DNA of 40,664 bases from Intoshia linei (Eukaryota > Animalia > Orthonectida): contig LWCA01000203.1 of NCBI GenBank assembly GCA_001642005.1, positions 1-40,664 of the forward strand, written 5' to 3'. Below, one piece after another: positions 13,007-24,402 of the stretch (position 1 is the stretch's first letter; the number at the start of each line of letters is the position of its first letter). Both the position numbers and the translations under genes were made by a program. The notes under the pieces are model-generated. The model was not told where the DNA came from, made no database searches, and was given only the letters and a program-made list of their open reading frames with translations.

Positions 13007-16000
13007 TTACTGGTAAACAAAACTTGAATTCATTATTTTTGTCAACGATTTCAAATCACGAGTATATTTTGTTGGAATATGTGATTTTTTTAAAATTTCG
13101 TATAGTCTTGATCGAAATTGTTGCAGTTGACATTTTGTTTGGCATGATTCAATGTTTAGTAAACTATCAAATAGGTCCTTCATTAGACTTGAAAAATTGC
13201 ATAATCTAAAATGTGATCTAAATTTTATAATTTACAATGACAAGGAACCTAGGTACGAAAAACTAGGCTCCCAACATGTGAGCCAATGTCAAGTATTTTA
13301 AAATGAACAAAGTGGGAAAATTTTAGTTTGTAGTGTACTTTTTAGTCATTAATACAAATATTGGGAAACCTTTTATCTAGTGTTTTTTTGTAATTAATTA
13401 CTCATTAACAAAATTTTTGTATAAAAAAATTTATTCCTTTAGCAAGATATTTTTAAATTTTGCTATAAATTAGAGGATTTTTATGTTATACTTTTACTTG
13501 CCAAAGTTTCACTTTTGAACAATTTAGCGGAATAAATTCTTCAAGCACAGTCAGTAATTTTGTGTAAAATTTAAAAATCAACAATAAACCCCAAATAATG
13601 ACCGATATAAGTCACCACATGTTAACATATGGTAAAGTATTTAATACTATTTTCTAAAACATTTATCCACCAAAGAAAGGTGAATTTTTAGAGATAATTT
13701 TTCAAATTTAAAAATCATCAAAAATACCTTTCAAAATTTGAAGTTACAATATATCGTTGTTTAATGGATTTAAAGTACACATTCATGTATTTATGAAAAA
13801 TTATGACATTGATTGTTCCCAATAAACCATACAAATCAGTCTAAAAGATAATTAAATTTTAATCCATATTTATCTTGATAAATTTGAATATCTGGGTGTG
13901 TTACGCTTGTTAGAATTTTTAAAAACAAAAATTCTAAAACAGATTTTTCCAGACAATAATTTAGCATAAACGTCAAAATTATCATTAAAGATTCAGTAAT
14001 TTTTAAATCATTTCAAAATGTAAATAAATTAACATTTAAAATAAATTGTTCTATAGTCTAGAGATTCTTAGGGATTATCAACTTTTTAAAAAAAAATCCA
14101 CTTTAACAAACCCTGTAAAAGAAAAATTCAACTTTTACAAACCTTTAAGGGAAAAATTCAATTTTAAAACTCTGAAATTGATTAAGTGCAGCTACAAAAT
14201 GTTTTCTAAGAAAAGCTACCACGTTTTCAATGTCCTTCGTTAAAAAAAAAAATTGAATGTAATCAATTTGCCGTAGAAATTACTTAGAACTCGAGAAAGA
14301 CCACTAAAAACATCTAGTAATTGTACCGGGACAAAATTCCCGGGATATTTAATAATTTCCCAAAAAAAATTGAGACATATCTGTATTTGATTTATGTTGG
14401 TTATTACTATGAAAATATGATTATATTATAATATTTAGAATTTATCATTTCAAAAATCCCACCAATAATAAAATTTAATCAAAAATACCATTTCAAGCCC
14501 TCATGGAAAAAATCCACTTCATCAAACCACAAATAAAAAATCTAATTTTCCAGCCCTTAATGGAAAAATATCCTTTTTCCAATACTTTTTTTAAAAACCT
14601 CTTATTCCAACCACAAATTACTAACGCTTAAGGGAATTATCCTCTTTTTCCAATATTATTTTGAAAAATATTATGAGTTGTTACAAACTGGAACGCTTTA
14701 TCAATAATATTAAAATCAAAGGAAGCCCTTATGACCGTTCAACCTATGTCAACACCAAATGAAAAAAATTTCTCTGCTGCTTCTAATTTCGTTACAAAAC
14801 GTAGAACGCGTTTAAAAGACGAATCTATCAATATTATGTGTGTTTTAAAATACTTTTTCAACAATCTAAAATAAATAAATTTTTTTCTAATTAAATTTGT
14901 AAATTTCAAGCTAGATTCGTGTTATTTCATTAATTAAATTTCTTGTTTCTAAATTTAATTAAAGTCTCTAAAATTTTTAATGCTTCTATATTCTATATCA
15001 ATAAAAAATTTTTATTTTTCACGAGAACTCACAATCACTCAAAACATCTAATAAAGCAAATATAAACTATTTCAGGGACAGAAAAACCCATAATGAATAA
15101 ATTTTTTTAATAAAAGTTTTATTTTTTCATCATCATTTTAAGTATTAAAGAAATTATAAGATTTTTTATGGATAATCTTTCTATTTAAGAACTTTACTTT
15201 TTTTGTAATACTGACTCAGTATTACTGAGTTTTGATGGATACTCTGCAATTGGGTAAAATTGAATTTGTCCCTAAATGGTTGATAAATTGAAATTTTCCC
15301 TTAAAAGTTGGTAAAAATTGGTTTTTCCCCTAAAATGTTGGTAAAACTAAATTTTCACTTTAAGGGTTTGTGAAACTGGATATTTATCGTTTATTTGTTT
15401 CGTCAAATTCTCTATTATCCGAAAATTACGCAAGTCCAACAATACCCGACTCGACACCATACTATATAGTAAAATTTTCACCTGATAAGTCCACGGTAAA
15501 TTCCTTTTCATTTCGTTACATATGAATTTATCCGTTAAAACTTTTTTAATAAACGTAGTTCCGTTTGGATACAAATTCATATCAATAGACCTTCCAAAAT
15601 CAATAAGAGTGCAAGTACGAAATGAAACATTACAATCATTATTTTCGAAAATAGTTTTGCAACTTTCTACAGGTGGACTAAAAGGTTAAAATATAAATTT
15701 AAAAAAATTAAAAAAAAAAAAAACTTACAACCCATTAATGAGAATATTGTCGGGTTTGATATCAGCATGAATAATATTACATTTTCTAACATATTGAACC
15801 ATAGACAAAAGATCAAAAATAATCATGGCAGTAAAAAAGGGAGAATGTTTAATCCCCTTGACATTGAGTCTATTAATATGATCCAAAATGTTGCCCTTTT
15901 TGTTAAATTTGTAAAAAATTAAACTTGCATCATTATAAACATACATGTGATCAATATTCATAAAACTATACAACATGTAATGAGCTTCCATTTTAGTAAT

Positions 16001-19000
16001 GCGATTTCGCAATTCATTGACAATATAACATTCCCATGGGCAAGCAGGTTTTTGAACTTTCAAAGCCAGAGTTTTAATTTTAGTCGCATTGTAAATGGTC
16101 GCAAAAGCTCCTTTAGCAATTTTAGAATTAATTAAAACAGAATGTCCATTAATTGATATTTTTTTTTTAATATTCAATAGAGGTAAATTTGATTCAATAA
16201 TTTTCAAGTTTTCAAACTTTTCAATTTTATTTTTTAAAAAATTTTTAATAAATAATTTATCATTAGGGTCAATATAGTCAACATTATCCAGAGTGTTTTC
16301 AGTGAAAACGTTTCTCCGGACAGGTAAATTTGAATGCAAAATTTTTGGAGGGTTAACAAGATTAGTTTTGGATTCTACCGGTTTTTGATTTACATTTTCT
16401 GTTGCATTTATACATTTATTGCGCGGCTTTTGAAACAAATTTTGATTTAAAATCTGATTGATATTTTTAGTTGATGTTGTAGAAGGAGAAAAACGAAATG
16501 TATTGTCAATATACTTTGATTGTGGTGTCATTTGTAGCAATTTATTACTATCCTCATTATTGTCGCATGCAATTGAGTTTATCATCTTTTTATTTTGTTT
16601 TAAATGAGAATTAATTACATTTACGTTATTGTCATTTATACTGTTTTTTGAAATTAAAATTTTATTTTTGTTACAATTTGGAATAGAGTCTAGGGTCAAT
16701 TCAAAATATTCATTTTCAACATTTCCATTATAAAATTTCAAATTTTTTAAATTTGAAAGCCCATCATTATCCTTAAAATCTTTAATACCGTTAAAATTTA
16801 AATCATTAGATTTATTTTTTGTATCTAAATTTTTGGAAAATAAACCAATCTTGGGATCCCCAAATACTTGCCTTTCTACAAATGGCTGTGCATAATTGGA
16901 ATCCAATTTAACCTCCGTAGAGACAGTTTCATCGTGATTTATTACATTTTCCTTATCATCGACTATAGCCATTTTTTTATCAAATGGAATCGTACATTTT
17001 TTATCAATACTGTATTCACTGGCAAAACTTTCATAGATTTGAAATGATTTTTCTGTGGTGTGACATTTTTCTATAAATTTAGATTTATCGTTGGTTAGTT
17101 TAGTCAAATCTTGTGTTTTATCAATTTTTACTATTGTGGTTGTTCCATGTGTAGTGATTAATGATTTTGTTGATTTACTGGCACCTGATGATGAACTGCT
17201 CATTTCTGTTATTGTTCTATATTTTAGTATTAGTATGAGATTTATTTTTTAAAAAATCAAAATTTAATCCTTAAATCATAAATTAAATAGTATTAAAAAT
17301 TACGGCATCATCATTGACCTACGGGCACTTTGTCGCTTAACTAAATTTTTTTTGTAATTTATTCGTTGCATGAAATCAAGCGATTGGTATTTCTAAATGG
17401 TATATTTACAAAATAATAATATACCATATTTGTAGGTTCATTTTATAAAAAAGTGGTTGCAAAATTTTTTTAGTATAAGCTCTACCCGAATAAAATGGTA
17501 GACTCATTGTACTCTTAAAGCGCTTATTCGGAAATATGTCATCTTTCCATAATAAATCCTAATTTGATTGTAAAATACAATGTGGAGGTAAGTTCTTTAA
17601 AATTAACATTAAAAATGTTCAAAGATGGGTAAAAATGTCTATAATGTACAGTAAGGTAAAATCGTATTTCTACACACAAAAAAATAGAAAATTTTGATTT
17701 TCTTCTAAAATGATGGTAACACGATATTTTTAGTCACAGGCTGGTAAAAAATTGATTTTCGCCTATAATTATCGTAAAATGGTGTTTTTCTCCAAAAAAC
17801 ATTGGAAATGTTGAATTTTAACAAAATTACAATTTAAAACAGATTTTCCTCTAAAATAATGGTAATATGGTATTTTTCCACCAAAAAGATAGAAATGTTA
17901 ATTTTCATTAAAAAAATGATTAAAAACAATTTTTCCTCTAAAATGATAATAAAAATTTCAATAATTGAATATAAGTTGATTTAGTGTAGCTGCAAAATTT
18001 TTTTTAAGAAAAAAAAAGGTTACTACGTTTTTGATGTCGTTCGTGAAAAAAAATGGGATGTAATTAATTTCATATTGAAAATACTTAGAAATCAAGGAAT
18101 ACCACTAGAAACATCTAATATAGAAAATATATTAATATTTCAAGGAGATGTATTTTAACTGGAATTTTACCATAAAGTAAATAAATTTTGATTTTTAGTA
18201 AAAATGATTCGATTTAACCCCTTTAAAACAGATTTTCCTCAAAAACAGTGGTTCCCGATAAAAATAATGCACGGATCCCAATTTCAAAATATTTATTTTT
18301 TTATATCCCAAAGTAAACCTGAAATATAAAACATTCATAAAAAATTAGTTTTTTCTCTAAAGATTTGGTAAATCGTGTTTTATAAAAATATATTGAAAAA
18401 AAGGATTTTTCTAGTCATAAAGGTCAGTAAATTGAATTATTTATTTTGGTTTTTTAATTAAAAAGTTGTTGCTTATAAGATTTGATAAAATCGGATTTTT
18501 CAAAAAAATACTGTAAAAGTGAAATGATATTTTTATCAAATTTTATTAATGGTGGGATAAAAATGGAATTTTTGAAATAATAATGTAGAAGTCATCTAGG
18601 CTTTGAGATAAATTTTAAAACTTATCCTATAAAGATAAAAACAATGTTGTATATTTTATTTGCATCTCATGAACCACCTCCCCCCCCAATCGGACACCAC
18701 TGCTCTGAAATGATGGTAAATTGTATTTTTTGACTAAATGTTGGTAAAAATGGTATTCTCCCTCAAAAAATTGGTAATGTTGATTTTTATTAAAATTGTA
18801 ATAATTAAATTGTCAAAGCTTACAGTATTATCAGTTTCATCATCATCAACAAGCATATTCTTAATATTTTTCGTTGATGTTTTGGTAGGAGTAAAATGAA
18901 AAGTATTATCTTGGTCATTAAGAACAGTAGAAATCTACAAAAAAGTTTTAAAATATTTTTTTTTTAATTTCACCTTTGGACTTTTTTTACCATTCTCATC

Positions 19001-20759
19001 TTTATGTCTAAAAATAATAAATTTCAATTATAAAATAAAATTAATTAAAATTACTTTTCAACTTGACAGAAATCAACCGCATCCTCAAATATATTAAATT
19101 CTTCATGTCTTGATTTTGGAAAGTCTTCAATTTGTGCATCTAAAAATAGAAACTAATTAAAATTAAAATTTTTATAGAAATCGTTAGCCAATTTTTAATT
19201 ATAATGTTAAAGTTTAAACCAGGGTGTATCAAATGTGTTTTCAATCCATTTAAACTTTGTACGATAACTACGATTGGAGCAAATTAAAAAATTTGATATT
19301 TTGATTACGTTTCAAAATTATATGAAAATTCTCGACTTATAGAGCTAGCTACTGTTTGTACGCCGTACAAGTCATCCAAGTTAGTGACATAAAATTACCT
19401 TGAGTAACATCATTAACAAACATTCGATTAATCATTTGCCTAGCTTCTCTTGTATGAATTGTTTCCGATTGAGTACAATCTAAGATTAATATATTTTAAA
19501 ATTTTCTAAAATTTCATAGCCAAATTACAATTACCTTATTTTAAATAGCTAACAAATTTTAACAAAAAAATACCATTAAATCTTGATATATGGGGATCAT
19601 CAACTACAATAATTTTTTTGCATTCCAACTTTTTATTATGTAATCTTTCATAATTTGTCAATCTTACGCGTTGAAAACAAGACTCTATATTTTCGGATAA
19701 CGTCATTTCTATTTTAATAATATCTAAATTTAAATTGATACATTCAGAATAATTAATGAATTATCAAGTTAAAAACTTGAAAAAATGGTTCAATTATCTT
19801 TTAAAACTTTGATTTAAACAGTAAGATCAATTTTTTACGGTAGACCGCTTAAAATAATTCATAAAGGCATTAATACTATTATACTAATGAAAAATTTCTA
19901 CTAATAAAATTACTTGTATTGTCAAAAGCTTGAGTTTTATTCGGCCGATACTTATCAATATTATGTTTTTTATAATTTTCAAATCTAACTTCATACATAC
20001 ATAAATCTAGGTTGATTAAAATTGTAACTATCTTAACTATTTTTAGATTTTTGTCTAAAAAATAGAAATAAAAAAATATGCAACCCTGATTAACGTACCA
20101 TTAGACTCGGTACCATTGTTGTTTTGAATTAAAATTTTGATATATTTAGAATATATTGAATATCGATACTCTTGATAAGATTTTTCAAAGTTATTACAGG
20201 CGACATTATGACTTTTTTCTAATTTTAAATATATATAAAATATAAAAAATATTACGATTTTGTTTGACATTGTAACATTTGAAGAACGCGTTGGTGCGGA
20301 TTTCTTGAATAGATATATCATTTGATTTGAATACTCTTATCTTTTCCTAAATAAGGAGTAACCTTTATTTTTGACTTAATAGGATTAAGCATAATTTGAA
20401 ACGAGTTGATTTCACATTAGAATTAAATAAGTGTAAGTAATTAGAAGAAATTTGTATCTGATAATTTTCATCAAAAATTGTTATAATTAATATGAGTTAA
20501 ATTGGAATTTTAGACCGTTGACTGTAAACATTTTTGATATAATTGATTACGGTTAGTCTAATCTAAAATTTTGATTGCTTTGAAAATGTATACACTCAAA
20601 TAAAAAATTACGAATGAATCAAATATATGATAATTTTACCTCACAATTAAATTGGCGTTCGTATGCTAAAATTATAAATTTAAATAATAAAAAAGTAAAT
20701 TAATTACCGTTATAACGAATGTTTTCGAAACTGAGTTTTAAATATAATATGTTATTCAT
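13007..20759 (-). CDS. BUB1: BUB1/MadBub mitotic checkpoint Ser/Thr kinase (about 15 exons)
   Basis: Phase-compatible exons: 20759-20708, 20665-20640, 20346-20256, 20218-20099, ~20054-19914, ~19723-19574, ~19479-19399, ~19139-19055, ~19007-18974, 18934-18824, ~17392-17304, ~17216-15728, ~15678-15483, 13840-13728, ~13205-13007. Kinase motifs: KGAFATIY, ALKVQKPACPWECYI, IIHADIKPDNILI, LIDFGRSIDMNLYP, CNEMKRNLPWTYQTDLYG. Also a CD1 motif (SETIHTREARQMINRMF) and an ABBA motif (FNIFED). Confidence 0.92.
14175..14320 (+). repeat. Dispersed repeat (second copy ~17975-18120)
   Basis: ttgattaagtgcagctacaaaat...tacttagaa...accacta.aaacatcta.ta is present in two BUB1 introns. Confidence 0.7.
14725..14874 (+). 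pseudogene. hAT transposase C-terminal dimerisation-domain remnant in a BUB1 intron
   Basis: ALMTVQPMSTPNEKNFSAASNFVTKRRTRLKDESINIMCVLK matches the hAT pattern P.tS..sER.FS....vtk.R.rL. Confidence 0.85.
17620..17960. repeat. Degenerate ~30-bp minisatellite (tggtaaaa.tgatttttc.ctaaaa)
   Basis: Roughly ten imperfect units; similar units at 15270-15345 and 18700-18790. Confidence 0.6.
18246..18702. mobile_element. hAT-type MITE (457 bp)
   Basis: TIRs CAGTGGTTCCCG / CGGACACCACTG (10/12). The 8-bp flanks ctcaaaaa and ctctgaaa are each one change from the local repeat consensus ctctaaaa. Confidence 0.6.
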
Positions 20760-21322
20760 ATGTCGCGCGTTCTAGATCTTTATTTATATTGGTTTCTATA
20801 TTAATTAACGTCCATAACGATAATATTCAATTTTATTTCAAGTTTATTTCAAGTTTATTTCATGCTTTTTTTTAATTTAAGCGTATCATATCAACATTAT
20901 AACAAAGTTATTAGAAAAAATACATTATCAATTATAGTTTATTTACATGTTAATATTATGTTTCATAGACAAAATTATGTCTACTGATTCATTAGTTAGT
21001 AATTATTCATTAATAATGAAATTGAAAAAAAAGAAGAAAGAGTTCTACAAGAAGCCTTCTTGAAAAAGGCACTATCCAAAGTTATTTTTAAAGTTTGTTC
21101 AGTTTAAGCCCGGAAAATGAACTTTAGAAAATGGAACTTTTTTTGTCAAATTTTAAAAATTATTTATTTTGATTTTTAACTATAGTTGACAAGTCTGAAA
21201 TTCTATAAAGCGTGTCAAACTTGTAAAAATCACATTCATATTAATTTATTATAATAAATCAAATTTTTATTTATTTATTATTTTATTTTAAATCAACGTT
21301 AGTAAAAAGTTAAAATGTACAA

Positions 21323-21484
21323 TGTAACGATTGGCAGATAAGAACTCTGATAAGTTCATCTTAAATAAAAAGATGTCCAAATCTCGATTCGAACCTAGTC
21401 AGACAGTAGTTAGACATCACAAGTGTGTTATATCATCAGTATATATTCGAATCTCGATTAGTATGATAGCGATATATCACTACA
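21323..21484. mobile_element. Solo LTR (162 bp)
   Basis: TGTAACGAT...ATCACTACA termini with an exact 5-bp TSD TACAA on both sides and an internal AATAAA. The left ~70 bp recur at 33666. Confidence 0.85.
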
Positions 21485-21487
21485 TAC

Positions 21488-21726
21488 AAGGTGGTGGAGA
21501 TGACGAATAGATTCATTTTTGGACAATAGCCGTCTAACCATCCCCCAACTCTTGAAAATGATTTATTTATGGGCATAAGAGGTGGCTCCTTTCAAATTTT
21601 TCAATTAATTTTCAATCAAATTTTGAGTGGAAAAATTTTATGAGAGATATTTGTATATCAATGATGTTAGATCATCCAGAGAGATATAGTGGAGATGGTA
21701 TACAAGATCAAATAGACGAAACTTTC
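21488..21726 (+). pseudogene. Merlin (IS1595/ISXO2-like) transposase remnant
   Basis: RIDSFLDNSRLTIPQLLKMIYLWA* / EWKNFMRDICISMMLDHPERYSGDGIQDQIDETF matches the Merlin pattern R.dSfF..S.L....iy.W / W.nf.R.vC / iGG.G..V.IDE. It contains stops and a frameshift. Confidence 0.75.
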
Positions 21727-22678
21727 AAGAATATACTTCATCACATCTCAATCGTATATCCTCAAACATTTTCATTGAAGTTTTTATCATTAAATTTACA
21801 CAAAAAAGTTAAATATAATCCCAATAGTTCAGCAATATGGTCCAAACGTACAAATTTTTTCAACTCGCCCGAAGCATTCGGATAGTATTTAGGAAATGTT
21901 GCAGAACTGTATAATACACAAATTTATATAAAAGCTTGCGCCTTCTCATTGTACGTAATAAAAACCATAAAATCGGGACTAAAATAAGTGAGACCAAGTT
22001 GTGATCCTAACCATGAAACAGTTATATAATATATGACTTTCACTGTTTTCAGTAAGAAATCAAAACTCAGTCAAGAATGTACGAATATCGTTGATACGAT
22101 AGTGAAATGTCTCTACACGTACACTTCACTTGAGGAACTCCCACATTAACGAAGAAATTAAAGAAATGATTTAGTACCTTAAAACCTTTTGTAACTTTCT
22201 TTATATTTTCCGAAAGCTTAACCAAATATCCCGCTAAACAAACAGACAACAACTAAAAACTGTTCTTACTATTAAAAAGACAGAGTACTGTATTCATAAA
22301 TGGTATATGAATATTGACTTTAAAATCTCACCATCCAAAATTAGTATTCGGATTCGAATTTGTTGTAGAAGTATAGACCTTAATATCCAATGCTAACTGA
22401 TGCGTTGAGAATATTAGCTAGTTTTGCTACTCTACTCAAAACACGATAGAATCTGAAATTGTGGTGCCTAAAACAAGGTCCGACGCACATTTTAATTTTC
22501 ATCAAAAATACAAAATTTGGATAAAAATACAAAATTGTATATGAAAGAAAGAACAAAGCAAGCTCACGTATCATAGCTGAACCTACCATGCTCAAGGACT
22601 TCAAAAAATAAAAAATAAGCTCAAAACATTTTCTCAAATTTCTCAAATCATTTGGAATTATTCAATTCAAAAAATTTA

Positions 22679-23173
22679 TTAATTTAAGATATTATTTTCA
22701 ATTTGAAGTTTATTCTTTTTCTTTATATTTTTTAGATAATAGTAAACTTTATTGATGGGGATAGGAATATCCGTTTCTAATCTAATATTTAAAAGAGAGT
22801 GTAATTCTTTTGGAAATCTATGTCCACGTTCAAACAGTTCATTAAGGATTTTTTTAATTTCTTTTGATATATACATTTTTGAACACATATTTTCGCTACA
22901 AGTATGAGGTTCCAAGGTATTTGTTTGAAACGTCATCGTTCCGTCATTTTCATTAAGAGTCCTCATTTCAACTGGACATCCATGATTTACATTACGACAC
23001 AAGTATCTTTTTGATGTGTATCTTTTTAACTTTTTTAAATCTCTGTATTTCCATAAAGACTGGTTAAATTTGTCTTGTTGATATTCTGGCAGTGAGTACC
23101 ACACTATAATTCTTCTCTTTTTTGATTTTTTTATCACTTTTAATTCAGATTCCTGTTCCATTTTTAAATACAA
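22679..23173 (-). CDS. MULE/Mutator-type N-terminal WRKY-GCM1/FLYWCH-like zinc-finger ORF (164 aa; no DDE domain follows)
   Basis: W...RYLC-x6-CP-x22-H-T-C followed by a helical P..l....L...k.y..l segment, as in MULE transposase N-termini. Confidence 0.55.
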   Translation of the reverse strand: MYLKMEQESELKVIKKSKKRRIIVWYSLPEYQQDKFNQSLWKYRDLKKLKRYTSKRYLCRNVNHGCPVEMRTLNENDGTMTFQTNTLEPHTCSENMCSKMYISKEIKKILNELFERGHRFPKELHSLLNIRLETDIPIPINKVYYYLKNIKKKNKLQIENNILN

Positions 23174-23382
23174 ATATTTATCACTAACTTTATCACGTTG
23201 ACACTAAGTTAACAAATTTACTCAGTGTTGCTCATATTGACACATATTACTCCTGTATTATAGTAATTTATGAAAATAATACTATCTGTCAAGTTGACAG
23301 TGTCAACTAACTATGGTATAATGGTTACCAATGATTGGTAGACGTTCTAAATATCGATATTACATACATTGTATATCATACA

Positions 23383-23800
23383 TCCTTTACTAATGTGTGT
23401 TACCGTATATTTAAAAAATTAAAATTCTAATACAGTTTATCGCAGAGGATGGTGATATCTATTTTTCAGTTCCCGAATTTGAGTTCTTCAGGGTCCAAAA
23501 CCCAATTTGCCCTTTTGTTTAATTATAAAATCAGTCCAAAAAGTGAATAAACTGTAAATTTTGTGACGCGTTGTAAAATCATTAACATTATGGTAAATCT
23601 CAGCCTCAGAAACGCACACCTTTATGGTCAAAACCAGAAATGACCCTTTGTTTTAAAAACGAAAATGTTTTAAAATTTTATAAAACATAAATTCTATCAT
23701 AGTTTTTAAAATCATACGCATTATTACCAAATTGCTTTTTATAGTTTTTAAACAAATGTTGACAAAATAAAATTAAGTATGAATAATTCTATATAAATTA
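23383..23800 (+). mobile_element. Diverged Helitron-like family A copy (opposite orientation)
   Basis: Starts a|tcctttactaatgtgtgttaccgt. Internal segments (cttcagggtccaaaacccaatttgccctttt) are reverse complements of family A. Confidence 0.55.
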
Positions 23801-24060
23801 ATTTTGATCTAAATCTATCGGTCCATGGTGAAATAAGATTGGAAACCACTCCTTCACCCGAAATGCATGATAGTGGAAGAAATTTTTACTTGTACTCAAG
23901 GCCGTGGAGAGCCAGCAGTAGGCCTGGACCAGATCGAAATTGTAGAACCCCTATATATTGCTTAATCGATCGTTCATTATATAAAAATAACAGTTGAAAA
24001 TCGCATTGGTCATGTTCCACCAATCCGGCTATTTAGACGACACTAATTAAAATGGTAATA

Positions 24061-24402
24061 CAGGGGCGGATTCAAGGGGTGCAGTTGCACACACTAAATT
24101 TTTAATTAATGTTTTGTAATGTTAATGTTGGTTAATGAATTTACAATACTTCATCCAAGAAGACTGGACCTAATTGATTTAGGATTATTTAATGAACAAA
24201 ATTAATTTCTATTTTTTATGATCACATTTTTGCGAAAAAATACAAATTTGGAAACTATTGTATAACAACCTTTAAATGAAATTAAAAAAGACGCTTTCCA
24301 AAATTCTCAAAATTTTGGCTTTAGCGAAGTTATTGAATATTGAAGAAGAATATTGCTCGCTTCCCTCGTACCCAATTAACTAGCCTCTTGGATCTGCTTC
24401 TG
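24061..24402. mobile_element. Short TIR element (hAT- or Harbinger-like MITE)
   Basis: Imperfect TIRs CAGGGGCGGATTCAAG / CTTGGATCTGCTTCTG with taata on both flanks. Confidence 0.45.

Noticed and set aside
13024-16277. Plus-strand ORFs 13024, 14046, 15947 and 16095
   Set aside because: Antisense shadows of BUB1 exons or repeat-derived.
17620-17960. CRISPR-like array
   Set aside because: Degenerate contiguous units with no unique spacers, in a eukaryotic intron, with no cas genes.
20055-20321. 88-aa ORF as an independent gene
   Set aside because: It overlaps BUB1 exons 3-4 and the intron between them; only its second half is in the spliced frame.
21380-21400. tRNA or B-box-like gattcgaacc
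   Set aside because: It sits inside a TSD-flanked solo LTR, and no cloverleaf could be built.
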